Positions 10,505-20,567 are shown, counted from the first letter of the stretch. The stretch is DNA of 64,000 bases from Marinicella sp. (GCA_965230295.1 OZ246001.1:3712001-3776000), one strand, 5' to 3'. Notes: generated by a model not told the origin, from the letters alone. Numbers and translations are program-made.

Positions 10505-12172
10505 ATGAACATAAAACGTATAAAACTGGTCGTATTGGTGGCTTTTGCTTATCAATCAGCCATTGCACAATTTGACTCAACCATAAATCTATCAAGTCTG
10601 GATGGGACCAATGGCTTTACGCTAAACGGAGGCACAGTGAATGAACACAGTGGCCGAACAGTCAGCACAGCTGGTGATGTCAATGGTGATGGGATAGATG
10701 ATTTGGTTATTGGAGCTATTGACGCTGACACAAATGGTAACAGTTCAGGTGAGAGCTATGTGGTGTTTGGCACTACCGATGGATTCCTCGATACCATAGA
10801 CCTTGCTGACATTGGGGCCAGTGGTTTAACCCTAAGCGGTGTGGCAGCGAATGATCTCAGTGGTTTCTCTGTTAGCACAGCTGGTGATGTTAATGGTGAT
10901 GGGATAGATGATTTGGTTATTGGCGCTCCTGACGCAGACCCAAATGGTGACGACTCAGGTAGCAGTTACGTAGTGTTTGGAAATAGCACTGTCAATGGTT
11001 TTCCCTCTACCATAAATCTATCTGACCTTGATGGGACCAATGGTTTTACCCTAAACGGTGTGGCAGCGAATGATCTCAGTGGTTTCTCTGTTAGCGCAGC
11101 TGGTGATGTCAATGGTGATGGTGTTGATGACTTGATTATTGGCGCTCCTGACGCAGACCCAAATGGTGACGACTCAGGTAGCAGTTACGTAGTGTTTGGA
11201 AATAGCACTGTCAATGGTTTTCCCACGACCATAAATCTTTCTGATCTTGATGGGATTAATGGCTTTACCCTAAACGGTATAGCAGCTAGTGATAGAAGTG
11301 GTTTCTCCGTCAGTGCAGCTGGTGATGTTAATGGTGATGGGATAGATGATTTGATTATTGGTGCTCCTATAGATGATTTGATTATTGACGCTCCTGACGC
11401 AGACACAAATGGTGACGAATCAGGTAGCAGCTATGTGGTGTTTGGAAATAGCACTGTCAATGGTTTTCCCACTACCATAAATCTTTCTGATCTTGATGGG
11501 ACCAATGGTTTTACCCTAAGCGGTGTGGCAGCGAATGATCTCAGTGGTTTCTCTGTTAGCACAGCTGGTGATGTCAATGGTGATGGTGTTGATGACTTGA
11601 TTATTGGCGCTCCTGACGCAGACCCAAATGGTGACGACTCAGGTAGCAGTTATGTTGTGTTTGGAAATAGCACTGTCAATGGTTTTCCCACGACCATAAA
11701 TCTTTCTGATCTTGATGGGATTAATGGCTTTACCCTAAACGGTATAGCAGCTAGTGATAGAAGTGGTTTCTCCGTCAGTGCAGCTGGTGATGTTAATGGT
11801 GATGGGATAGATGATTTGATTATTGGCGCTACTGAAACAGACGCAAATGGTACCAATGCTGGTAGCGGCTATGTGGTGTTTGGAGATAGTACTGTCAATG
11901 GCTTTCCCACTACCATAGATCTATCTGGCCTTGATGGGACCAATGGTTTTACCCTCAACGGTGTAGCAGCGAGTGATGGTACTGGCTTCTCAGTCAGCGC
12001 AGCTGGTGATGTCAATGGTGATGGTGTTGATGACTTGATTATTGGTGCTCCTGACGCAGACCCAAATATTAACCCCAATGCTGGTAGCAGCTATGTGGTG
12101 TTTGGTGATGATGGTATATTTGCTGATGACTTTGATAATGACCCTCTTTTAGCAAGGAGTAAAAACCAATAA
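10505..12172 (+). CDS. Secreted FG-GAP/integrin-alpha repeat protein (7 repeats) with C-terminal DGIFADDFD motif
   Basis: Signal peptide; repeated SGFSVS.AGDVNGDG.DDLIIGAP..SYVVFG units of about 73 aa. Confidence 0.92.
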   Translation: MNIKRIKLVVLVAFAYQSAIAQFDSTINLSSLDGTNGFTLNGGTVNEHSGRTVSTAGDVNGDGIDDLVIGAIDADTNGNSSGESYVVFGTTDGFLDTIDLADIGASGLTLSGVAANDLSGFSVSTAGDVNGDGIDDLVIGAPDADPNGDDSGSSYVVFGNSTVNGFPSTINLSDLDGTNGFTLNGVAANDLSGFSVSAAGDVNGDGVDDLIIGAPDADPNGDDSGSSYVVFGNSTVNGFPTTINLSDLDGINGFTLNGIAASDRSGFSVSAAGDVNGDGIDDLIIGAPIDDLIIDAPDADTNGDESGSSYVVFGNSTVNGFPTTINLSDLDGTNGFTLSGVAANDLSGFSVSTAGDVNGDGVDDLIIGAPDADPNGDDSGSSYVVFGNSTVNGFPTTINLSDLDGINGFTLNGIAASDRSGFSVSAAGDVNGDGIDDLIIGATETDANGTNAGSGYVVFGDSTVNGFPTTIDLSGLDGTNGFTLNGVAASDGTGFSVSAAGDVNGDGVDDLIIGAPDADPNINPNAGSSYVVFGDDGIFADDFDNDPLLARSKNQ

Positions 12173-12175
12173 CAA

Positions 12176-12222
12176 GGGGTAATGCCAAATGTCCGTTTTT
12201 ACACCTATGTGGCCATTACCCC
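12176..12222 (-). repeat. 47-bp double-ended Tn3-like end unit, copy 3 (perfect GGGGTAATG/CATTACCCC termini)
   Basis: GGGGTAATGCCAAATGTCCGTTTTTACACCTATGTGGCCATTACCCC. Confidence 0.9.
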
Positions 12223-12489
12223 AAATTGGGAGTTTCGCATAAATAAATTTTGATGGCCCTGCATCTGGGTATGAAAAATGGAAAGAAATACAAAAAGACA
12301 ACTTAGTCTATGCAGTCGGCCAAGATCATGGCAACTGGGCTAAACTGATAATAAGTAATTACATAGCTTTCAATATCACATGGTTGTAGCCTTGTCTGTT
12401 AATTATAAAATAACTAATATTTGTGAACCATTGATTATGGAATGGGATATGGAGCACTTTATCAATATTTTGTGCTATTATTTACTGCT

Positions 12490-12516
12490 GTTCCACAAAC
12501 GACCGTTTGAGTGACA
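12490..12516. promoter_or_regulatory. Probable resolvase-binding (res) subsite
   Basis: CAAACG-AC-CGTTTG palindrome directly upstream of the resolvase ATG. Confidence 0.5.
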
Positions 12517-12518
12517 CT

Positions 12519-13133
12519 ATGAAAATTGGTTATGCAAGAGTTTCAAAAGCAGATGGTTCTCAGCAACTTGATCTTCAAATTGATGCACTGATAGAAGATG
12601 GGGTTAATAAGAAGCAAATTTACTCAGATAAAGCTTCAGGGAAACTTGATGAAAGACCTGGTCTTGAATCTTGTATTAAAGCATTAAGGAACGGTGATAC
12701 TTTGGTTGTATGGAAACTAGATCGACTCGGAAGAGATTTAAAACATTTGGTGACGACTGTTCATTCACTATCAGAGCAGGGCATCGGATTTAAAGTTTTA
12801 ACAGGGCAGGGGGTAAATATTGACACAAGCACGCCTTCAGGAAAACTTGTCTTTGGAATTTTCGCATCGCTAGCTGAATTTGAAAGGGAGCTAATAAGGG
12901 AAAGAACTATGGTTGGACTTAAAGCAGCAAGAGCTCGTGGCAAAAAAGGTGGAAGAAAATTCCAACTCTCAGTACATCAAGTTAAGTTAGCCCAATCTGC
13001 AATGAAGGACAAATCTACAAATGTTTCAGAGTTATGTAAAGAACTCAAGGTTTCAAGACAAACTTTATATAGGTATATAAATCCAAATGGTAGATTGAGA
13101 GAGTATGGAAAAAAAGTACTCAAAGTAAAATAG
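12519..13133 (+). CDS. tnpR: Serine resolvase/invertase with C-terminal HTH
   Basis: MKIGYARVS (catalytic Ser), GDTLVVWKLDRLGR, AEFERELIRERT, VSRQTLYRY. Confidence 0.93.
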   Translation: MKIGYARVSKADGSQQLDLQIDALIEDGVNKKQIYSDKASGKLDERPGLESCIKALRNGDTLVVWKLDRLGRDLKHLVTTVHSLSEQGIGFKVLTGQGVNIDTSTPSGKLVFGIFASLAEFERELIRERTMVGLKAARARGKKGGRKFQLSVHQVKLAQSAMKDKSTNVSELCKELKVSRQTLYRYINPNGRLREYGKKVLKVK

Positions 13134-13181
13134 TTAATTGATTGCTATTATTTCTAATAGTTTTTTTTAAGATTTATATGC

Positions 13182-14147
13182 ATGGAATACGACGTTAAGA
13201 TCAGCAATATTTTTTTCTCTGGATATTACGGCCAAATCAAGGCACTTAAAGTAAATACGAGTAAGGTTATGTATTTACCTGATGCAAACCTCGTTCTTAA
13301 TCTATTGAGATACTCAAACAACTCAATTAATAAATTACCAAAAACATACAGGGAGTTTTTAAGAGTTTCTAGAAATAGAGTTTTTGTAAACTGGAAGAAC
13401 CGCAAAAGCTTTATTCCAGTTAACCCATGTTTAGCTGTTATGGAGTTAACCAAACAAAGTAAAAGTAAAAACTATTCAGAATATGTTCAGTTATTTAATG
13501 AATTTTTTAAAAATGTATACCAAATTAGCAATTACAGTCATGATTGGGTATTTTCAACATATGAAAGCGTTTATAACATAATCAATAGCTCTTTAATTTC
13601 TTTAAAAAAAACGATCATATTAATTTATTCATCAATCTCCAATAATGAAAAACCAACTGATGATGAAATAATAGACGGTTGCAAGATATTGATTAATTCA
13701 ATTTTATTAAGTAAACATGAACTATCAGTAATTGGTGGCCCACTTCTTTATGTAGGCATCTTTGCAATAGCAGGAAGTCCAGATGCCCGACAAATTTTAA
13801 AATTTAATGCTTTGAAAAAAAAAGAAAGTTCACTAGTTGCCGAGAATGTAGCCTGGGACTTCCTTTACTTAATGCAAGTCGATATCAGTTATTATTCAAA
13901 CAATTATGCTAATACTATTTTGTGTACAAGTGACAAAAACCTAAATAGACTAATCAGTTCTAGAAAACATGAAGGGCCTAGATATTCTTACTCTGAAATA
14001 ATGACAGGAAAAAATTTAATTGCTACAGGAGATTTAATTCCATTTAAGTTGAACAGACTCAGAAATACAAAACTAGAAATTACACTAATGGAATTGATTA
14101 AAGAATTTCATGAAAACATTAATAGTAGTATAAATAGCAATCTATAG
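13182..14147 (+). CDS. Hypothetical protein, possible PIN-like nuclease
   Basis: Long AT-rich ORF with spaced acidic motifs LPDAN, AVMEL, NVAWD, CTSDK. Confidence 0.55.
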   Translation: MEYDVKISNIFFSGYYGQIKALKVNTSKVMYLPDANLVLNLLRYSNNSINKLPKTYREFLRVSRNRVFVNWKNRKSFIPVNPCLAVMELTKQSKSKNYSEYVQLFNEFFKNVYQISNYSHDWVFSTYESVYNIINSSLISLKKTIILIYSSISNNEKPTDDEIIDGCKILINSILLSKHELSVIGGPLLYVGIFAIAGSPDARQILKFNALKKKESSLVAENVAWDFLYLMQVDISYYSNNYANTILCTSDKNLNRLISSRKHEGPRYSYSEIMTGKNLIATGDLIPFKLNRLRNTKLEITLMELIKEFHENINSSINSNL

Positions 14148-14204
14148 AAATTATAACTATCATAAAGAGTATTGAATTTTGCATTTTGTTAAAACAGTTT
14201 AATT

Positions 14205-14963
14205 ATGCTTGATAGATTTTTAAAGGGTGAATTAAGTTATAAACTCTCAAACATAAATAAGATTTTATTAACCAGAATTGAGTCAGAAGATTATGATTAC
14301 TTACTTTCTGTTAATGAGTCAGATTACATTGAGCACTTAGTTTCTGAATACGCAATAGAGCCAATAGATATTCATTTTGACGACATTTATCTATCAACAT
14401 CAGAAGATATGATACCAGCAGAAATGTTTGGTCCTGAATTTAATGTTAGAGCTGGAAAATCATACAAAAAACAAGTCATAAGTTTTCATTTACCCATAAG
14501 TGGAAATACTAGCCTAATACGTAGCCTCTTAGAAAGCACATCTCTAAAACTTGATAGAATTGACATTGAAGATCAAGAAATAGTAATAAATATAATCAAT
14601 TTCAAAAATATTACAGACGAGATTAATTCAACAAAAAATTTGGTAATCTCTAAAATTCAAGAAAGATTGACCATTTTTATAGAACAAATTGAGTCCTTTA
14701 ATGCATCTTTATTCTCGAAAATTGAAAAAACTTTATTCGAACGTAAAAACAATATCCTTCAAATGACAGGAATTCTAAAGTCATTAAATGTACCAATTAA
14801 AAAATCTCCAAATACTCCAAAAACTTTTTCAATATCACCAAAAAGAAAAAAAGTAAAAATAAGGAAACCCAAAGTTAAAAGCGATCAATATCAGCCAGAA
14901 CCAACAATTGACAAAGCTATCTACTTTGAGATGTTAAAGATTTCTTGTTTATCGAATTGTTAA
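14205..14963 (+). pseudogene. Hypothetical protein, apparently C-terminally truncated
   Basis: Ends just after PEPTIDKAIYFEMLKI; recalled homologues continue into a PD-(D/E)xK-like domain (unverified). Confidence 0.45.
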
Positions 14964-15260
14964 AGAGTTTGTTTATTTTTCTGAAGTGAAAGTAAATGTT
15001 TTTCAAGGATTTGACTGGGATGTGTTCGCCTTAGAGTTAACCTCAATTCCAATATTAGAATTAAGAAAATGTCACTTTTATATAAATACATTAACTAAAA
15101 AACTGAAAGTTATTCAAAATAATGAACAACTAAAAATCATAGACAGAGGAGAACACATAAAATCTTTGGATAGAATAACATGTGAGCATATTGATTCATT
15201 AATGTGTTTTGGCACTACTTAGTTAATAACTGGCATCTAGTAGTATTGTATTTTGAAGAA

Positions 15261-15563
15261 ATGAATATCAGGCAATTTAAACCTATTCACCCAGGAGAAT
15301 TCATAAAAAGGATTTATCTTAAACCTTATAATCTGGGCATAAATCAAGTAGCAAAAAAATTATGTGTAAATCCATCAACTTTCAGTCGTTTAGTAAAAAA
15401 ACAATCCAAAGTAGTTCCTTCCATGGCACTAAGACTAGCAATTGTATTTGGTTGATCTCCTGAAAGCTGGCTGTTGATGCAAGCGAATTATGATTTAAAT
15501 TGTGAAATTAAAAAGATTGATCTAAGTAAATTTAATCCCATCAACTTTAATAAGCTTACATAA
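15261..15563 (+). pseudogene. higA: HigA-family antitoxin with in-frame TGA at 15453-15455
   Basis: PIHPGEFIK..MALRLAIVFG*SPESWLLMQANYDL; homology continues in frame past the stop. Confidence 0.85.
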
Positions 15564-15696
15564 ACTTAAAGACAGTGTTCAAAAGTCAATTTAGATTCAT
15601 TTAGAAATAATATGTTTCTTGGTAGTCGATCTGACCGTAAACTGTTGGTGAGGTAGTCGTAGAGGGTAAGTAGAGCCAGGTTTTATTTGTTCTCAA

Positions 15697-16467
15697 TTGT
15701 TTATATTCGTTGTAAAATATACAAATATGTCAATTATATTACCTATGATACTAGATAAAACTAACCCGGCAATTAGAATCAAAAACTTGCTTTCAGCCGC
15801 TAATAAAATTACTAGTGACATTAAGTACCATGAAGTTTGGTGCCAGGTTTTTGAGTTAGGAAAAGATGATATTGAAGGATTAACTAAATGCTTTGGGATG
15901 TACTGGACAGAGTGTAAAGCATTGAGGAATGCTCTCAAGGACCAAGGGAAAGATGTAGATGATGATATTTACTATATTATTCATACCCAAATTGATGAAG
16001 TTGTTGATTATAGTGCTTTGTACCAACCATGGAGATCACACAAACAGAAGTTAATTCCTCCAGAAATGATAGCCGCATTGTCTATGTGTGGCACCTTTTT
16101 GGAAGATGATAACAAACATCTTAATCAAAAAGAGTATGATGAAATTGTAAAAACCATTCAAAAGTTGCAAAAGCAAATTGATGAAGGAAGTTTGTCAGAT
16201 ACTCTAAAAGTTTATTTGATGGGCCTTATTGAAAAATTTCATCATTCAGTAATTTCATACACCATTAATGGGTCAATAGTTTACAAAGACTTTTTGAAAG
16301 AGTTTGTTGGTGACATGTATGTCAATATGGGAACAATTAACGGTGCAAGCCCAGAGATTAGAAAGAGCCTAATGGAGCTGTTGAAAAAAATGTCAGAAAT
16401 AAACGGATATCATGACTTGGCTTTAAAGGTTGCAAGTGTTTTTGGGTTACCCAATCTAAAATCATAG
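15697..16467 (+). CDS. Hypothetical helical protein
   Basis: 256-aa ORF 7 bp upstream of the next ORF; start uncertain. Confidence 0.65.
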   Translation: MFIFVVKYTNMSIILPMILDKTNPAIRIKNLLSAANKITSDIKYHEVWCQVFELGKDDIEGLTKCFGMYWTECKALRNALKDQGKDVDDDIYYIIHTQIDEVVDYSALYQPWRSHKQKLIPPEMIAALSMCGTFLEDDNKHLNQKEYDEIVKTIQKLQKQIDEGSLSDTLKVYLMGLIEKFHHSVISYTINGSIVYKDFLKEFVGDMYVNMGTINGASPEIRKSLMELLKKMSEINGYHDLALKVASVFGLPNLKS

Positions 16468-16474
16468 GTGTTCT

Positions 16475-17038
16475 ATGGAATATGAAAAAGAATTTAGAGA
16501 TGCCATAAAAAGAACTGTCGAATGGGGAATTGGAAATCCAAAATTTAATCAAACCAAAAAAGGATATATTAATAATAAATTTTTATCTAGTTTTCAGGAG
16601 AATGTAAAAGATAGTTTTGGTGTGTTGGGTTCAAAAGATCTGGCATTAAGATGTTTTGAATTTAATCTACAAATAAAACCACTAGTAGAAGACATGCTCG
16701 GAACAGAGGTTTTTTATACTCTTGGCTTCATAGACACTCCAAAAATTTCTTTTTTTAAATCTGATTTAAAACGATTAAAAAGCCACTTAAGTATTGGGAA
16801 TCATGTAAGTCAGCCAGTTCATTTACATTCTTGGTTAACATTGCCGTCACATGAAATAATTGATTCTACTTTTTTTACTTCATATGCAATCAAATACGAT
16901 ACCCCTGAAACAAAGTATAGTGTAGTTGCCAACCATCCTTCACAGCTTCAAGGAGGCATGGTTTATCGTCCTCAATTAGTTGGAGAGGCTTATTTGTTAA
17001 AGTCAGGAATATTGTCTCTTAAATACAACATTGATTAA
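16475..17038 (+). CDS. Hypothetical protein
   Basis: 187-aa ORF; conserved-looking YTLG, LHSWLTLPS.EIIDST, Y.PQLVG motifs. Confidence 0.7.
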   Translation: MEYEKEFRDAIKRTVEWGIGNPKFNQTKKGYINNKFLSSFQENVKDSFGVLGSKDLALRCFEFNLQIKPLVEDMLGTEVFYTLGFIDTPKISFFKSDLKRLKSHLSIGNHVSQPVHLHSWLTLPSHEIIDSTFFTSYAIKYDTPETKYSVVANHPSQLQGGMVYRPQLVGEAYLLKSGILSLKYNID

Positions 17039-17123
17039 TTGAATATGAGGGTCAACTATGAAAAGGACAATGAATGTAATAAATAGAGCTTTTGATACTT
17101 TAATATTCACTGGTGATCAATCT

Positions 17124-17663
17124 CTATTTGATCGATAATACAATGATTGAGAGAGAAATCAAAATAAAGATCAATTGCACTAAAACTAAGGTGCCAACAA
17201 TTTGAGTACACCTTATGGCGGTTCGAGGGGCAAATAAATTTTCTTTTCGATCAAGATACCTTAAAAACCATCTAAGATAGCCTGCCGATGAATCTGTTAT
17301 TGAATTTTTCAATTTTATAAAGTCTACGTTTTCAGACTGGTGCTGGTATTTGATGAAAATTTCATCGAGGTGTTTTGATTGAGAAACGGTTGCTTGTACA
17401 AAAACAATCATGTATTTCTGAATCACCATCAGTATTATTGAAATAAATAAAAAATAGATTGCTATCTTAATATTCGGAAGGATAAAGTATGATTCGATTA
17501 TTTTAAGGTTTGAGACAATCAAAACTATAGCAGCTGATAAACTTACGCCTACCCAATTGATAAATTTACCTAAAGACTCAACAGTATTCATAGACCCATT
17601 TATCAGAATGTCTTTTAGAATACTGACTTCAATCTCATTAAGTTCATTAATTTTGGTCATCAT
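17124..17663 (-). CDS. Hypothetical membrane protein
   Basis: Three hydrophobic segments; AGGAAG upstream. Confidence 0.7.
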   Translation of the reverse strand: MMTKINELNEIEVSILKDILINGSMNTVESLGKFINWVGVSLSAAIVLIVSNLKIIESYFILPNIKIAIYFLFISIILMVIQKYMIVFVQATVSQSKHLDEIFIKYQHQSENVDFIKLKNSITDSSAGYLRWFLRYLDRKENLFAPRTAIRCTQIVGTLVLVQLIFILISLSIIVLSIK

Positions 17664-17817
17664 TCTTCCTATTTCTTTTTATGTTCCATTTTTTAGAATT
17701 TTACTTTCAAACTAGCGGCATCCTTAATAAGTGGCTTTTGTTTGATTTGAGGTGAAGTTGGCGAGCCAGACTGATTCTTCAGGTATGGCTACTAACTCAC
17801 TACCCCTAGATTTACTT

Positions 17818-18708
17818 TTAACTTTGCTTAATTTGTCCACGATGCTTTTCTACCAAATCAAAAAATAATCTCGGTTTTAATTCTTCTTCACTAAAGCCTG
17901 TAAAATCAGATGCCTCTTCAAGATTTAGACTTGGGCATGGTTTAAACAATTCATTCCTTTCTGATACACCCTCAACTTCTGGAAAAACTGTAAGGCCCAA
18001 CCCTAATTTCTTTAAGTATTTTAAGTCAATAATTTTTACTACTTCTTTGGGAAAATTTATTTTCCATGATCTACATTCAATTAACATGTGATCTATATAA
18101 TTTATTATTTGTTCAGTAACATAGAACAAATACGCAGCTTTCAACGGGGTTAAAAGATCAACAACATAATTAGGATCAGCAGTCATTACAGGTTGCCTGT
18201 GTGTATCGCTTAACAATATTTGATTTGCCTCAATCATCATTTCATTCCTTTTGGTAAGCATGTTTTTGACTTGACTAAAGTTGCTATAGATTGACATTAT
18301 CCTTGAGATATCAAGGGCTTTGCGATCTGCATTATTTGTATTACCAGTTGTTAGGAATGTGTATTTTCCTATTTCAATTTCAAAATCTTTCTTATCAAAA
18401 TTGATTGGTGGGAAATTCAGAAACCGGTGTACAGGATGGTTTGGAAATTCGCTAGATTTGATAGTATGGTAATAGTTCGTTTTAGAATTTTGCAACTCTT
18501 GAATGATCTGTTCTATATCCAGAATAACTTTATTTGATAAGTATAATTTTTCTTTTTCATGCTCATGTTTCCAATTTAACTGAATTCCTGTTTTTGCAAG
18601 ATGCCAGCCCACATATAATGCTGTTAATAGTCCTACCATCCAACCTACAGCATTAATGGATAAGTCTGACAGTTTTGAAATAGCTATCATTAGTTCGTAT
18701 GGATACAC
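17818..18708 (-). CDS. Hypothetical protein with N-terminal TM helix
   Basis: 296-aa ORF with one TM then a soluble helical domain. Confidence 0.7.
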   Translation of the reverse strand: MYPYELMIAISKLSDLSINAVGWMVGLLTALYVGWHLAKTGIQLNWKHEHEKEKLYLSNKVILDIEQIIQELQNSKTNYYHTIKSSEFPNHPVHRFLNFPPINFDKKDFEIEIGKYTFLTTGNTNNADRKALDISRIMSIYSNFSQVKNMLTKRNEMMIEANQILLSDTHRQPVMTADPNYVVDLLTPLKAAYLFYVTEQIINYIDHMLIECRSWKINFPKEVVKIIDLKYLKKLGLGLTVFPEVEGVSERNELFKPCPSLNLEEASDFTGFSEEELKPRLFFDLVEKHRGQIKQS

Positions 18709-18923
18709 CCGATAGTTCCTTTTTAAATGTACTTATTATAACACTTTGAAGATAAATAGAATCTTCAACAATTTTTTCTTACTCATCAAGCATTAAATCT
18801 GTGAGTTTGCTGGATAATTTTCTCAGCTTGGGCAGGCCTATTAATATTAAGAATTACTAGTTTTCAGGATAAAGGAACAGAGCTTATAAGCAGTGCTTAA
18901 AATTGTTAGACTGTTGTAATGAT

Positions 18924-19844
18924 TTATTCTGTGACATCAGGTCGGTCACTCCAATTACATACTCCACAACTCGTAAAATACTCTCCATCTTCACCAATAG
19001 AAATATCAAAATGAGATCTAATATTTCTGGATTTACATACTGGGCAACTTTTAATATCGTTAACTTGGTTTCGCTCAAACATCTGAATAAAATGGCCAAT
19101 TACAATCTGACATGAATGAATTGCTATTGATGAGGCAGTATTATCAGCATTTTTAGCATGAGTTAGCCAGTTAACAAGCTGCCAAGTTTCTTTGGCAATA
19201 TTTTTAAGATGTTGTCTAAGACTCTTGTTACTACTTCCACCACAAAGCAAATCCATAAGCAGTACTGACCACAAAATAAAATTCGAATCTTGGGGCGTAT
19301 CAATATCTTTTGGGATATTAATACGCCGTCTCAAGGAACTTATTAAAGCAATAAGCGCTTCTCTCAGAAGCATTCCTACTGCTTGATAGTCTTCAGCTTC
19401 AATTGCATTTGCATGCCTTTTTTCAGCTTGTTCTTCTCTACGCAGAACTTCGTCAAAGGGGCTTGGGTCATCAACATCAACTTCATTTGATCGGTCCCTA
19501 ATTCTCATCATTAAGCCAATATGAAATGAGAGCGTGTAATCAAGACTAGGGAAGTATTTTTGAGAATAGAGATTAGTCAGATTCGTTATCACCCACCAAC
19601 GATCTTTATCGGTAGTTACATCCCAAGTTTCATACACGTAGCCAAGCACAACATCCTTTTTTACTCGTTCTACATGCTGAATACTTTCATCCGACACTTG
19701 GCTTTTCACATAAGAAGCAATGTCAGATTCAGAATATGGATCTCGCTCAACGCTATATCGTGATAATTGTTCTGGAGGCACTGGGTGATCATGGATGACG
19801 CAATCCTCGGTGTTATCAGTATTTTTGCCTTTTCTTGATCCCAT
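18924..19844 (-). CDS. Hypothetical protein with C-terminal Zn ribbon
   Basis: WDVTTDKDRWWVITNLTNLYSQ, VNWLTH, CPVC..CGVC. Confidence 0.8.
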   Translation of the reverse strand: MGSRKGKNTDNTEDCVIHDHPVPPEQLSRYSVERDPYSESDIASYVKSQVSDESIQHVERVKKDVVLGYVYETWDVTTDKDRWWVITNLTNLYSQKYFPSLDYTLSFHIGLMMRIRDRSNEVDVDDPSPFDEVLRREEQAEKRHANAIEAEDYQAVGMLLREALIALISSLRRRINIPKDIDTPQDSNFILWSVLLMDLLCGGSSNKSLRQHLKNIAKETWQLVNWLTHAKNADNTASSIAIHSCQIVIGHFIQMFERNQVNDIKSCPVCKSRNIRSHFDISIGEDGEYFTSCGVCNWSDRPDVTE

Positions 19845-19892
19845 GGTTACTTCCCAAAATTGTATTTTACTGTGCGATTTTTCATGTGATTG

Positions 19893-20567
19893 TTAGGTGG
19901 CATTGTGGACTTTAGTGATATCGTCGATTGTGCCAATTCGTATTAACTTATCAATAGCAGTTCCTTTCACTGTTTCCTTTTTAAAATTGTAACTGTGATT
20001 TAAGACTATTTGTTGCCTTAGCTTAAATCCATTTCTAGTACCAAAAACGAAACGATATTCTTTTTGATTTGCATACATTTCATCCTTTAAAAATGGGAGA
20101 ACCTTAGTGTCTTTTATATTTTCTAGAGTAGGGGAGTTAGGCTTATAATATATAACTTCACGAGAAAGTAAGCCATTCTTATGAGTAGATAGGCGTTGCA
20201 TAATAACTCTACGAAGTCTTCGAGCAAATTCCTCTGGATTTGTTATTTCAACACATGAGTCACATTTAAATTCATCGAAAAGCTCATTAGATAATTCTAA
20301 TGATGTACAAAACATGTATATTAAATCCGAGTCTGTTGAGTTTAAAATTGATGCATCATACTCAGCTTTAAAGTGTTTAGAGAGGTTATTAATTTTAATC
20401 TTGTTATCAGGGTTATCACGATGATGCGCTTCTAAATAATCTCCTCTTATTTTACCCTCAGCTTGCCTAAAATAAGTAAAGTTCCGAAAAAGTATATGAC
20501 CATTAGAAAGTACACTATCAACATACTTCGAAGGTAAATATTTAAACAGTCTTTCCGGATATTTCAT
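19893..20567 (-). CDS. Hypothetical protein, DUF2971/ADP-ribosyltransferase-like motifs
   Basis: LFKY, YMFCTS, K...Y..QKEYRFVF; start reassigned to MKYPERLF. Confidence 0.6.
   Translation of the reverse strand: MKYPERLFKYLPSKYVDSVLSNGHILFRNFTYFRQAEGKIRGDYLEAHHRDNPDNKIKINNLSKHFKAEYDASILNSTDSDLIYMFCTSLELSNELFDEFKCDSCVEITNPEEFARRLRRVIMQRLSTHKNGLLSREVIYYKPNSPTLENIKDTKVLPFLKDEMYANQKEYRFVFGTRNGFKLRQQIVLNHSYNFKKETVKGTAIDKLIRIGTIDDITKVHNAT

Noticed and set aside
8591-12222. 47-bp repeats as a CRISPR array
   Set aside because: Copies are about 1.8 kb apart, one is inverted, whole genes lie between them, and there are no cas genes.
14986-15222. 78-aa ORF as a HigB toxin
   Set aside because: No RelE/HigB-like motifs, weak start, and probably non-coding or decayed DNA.
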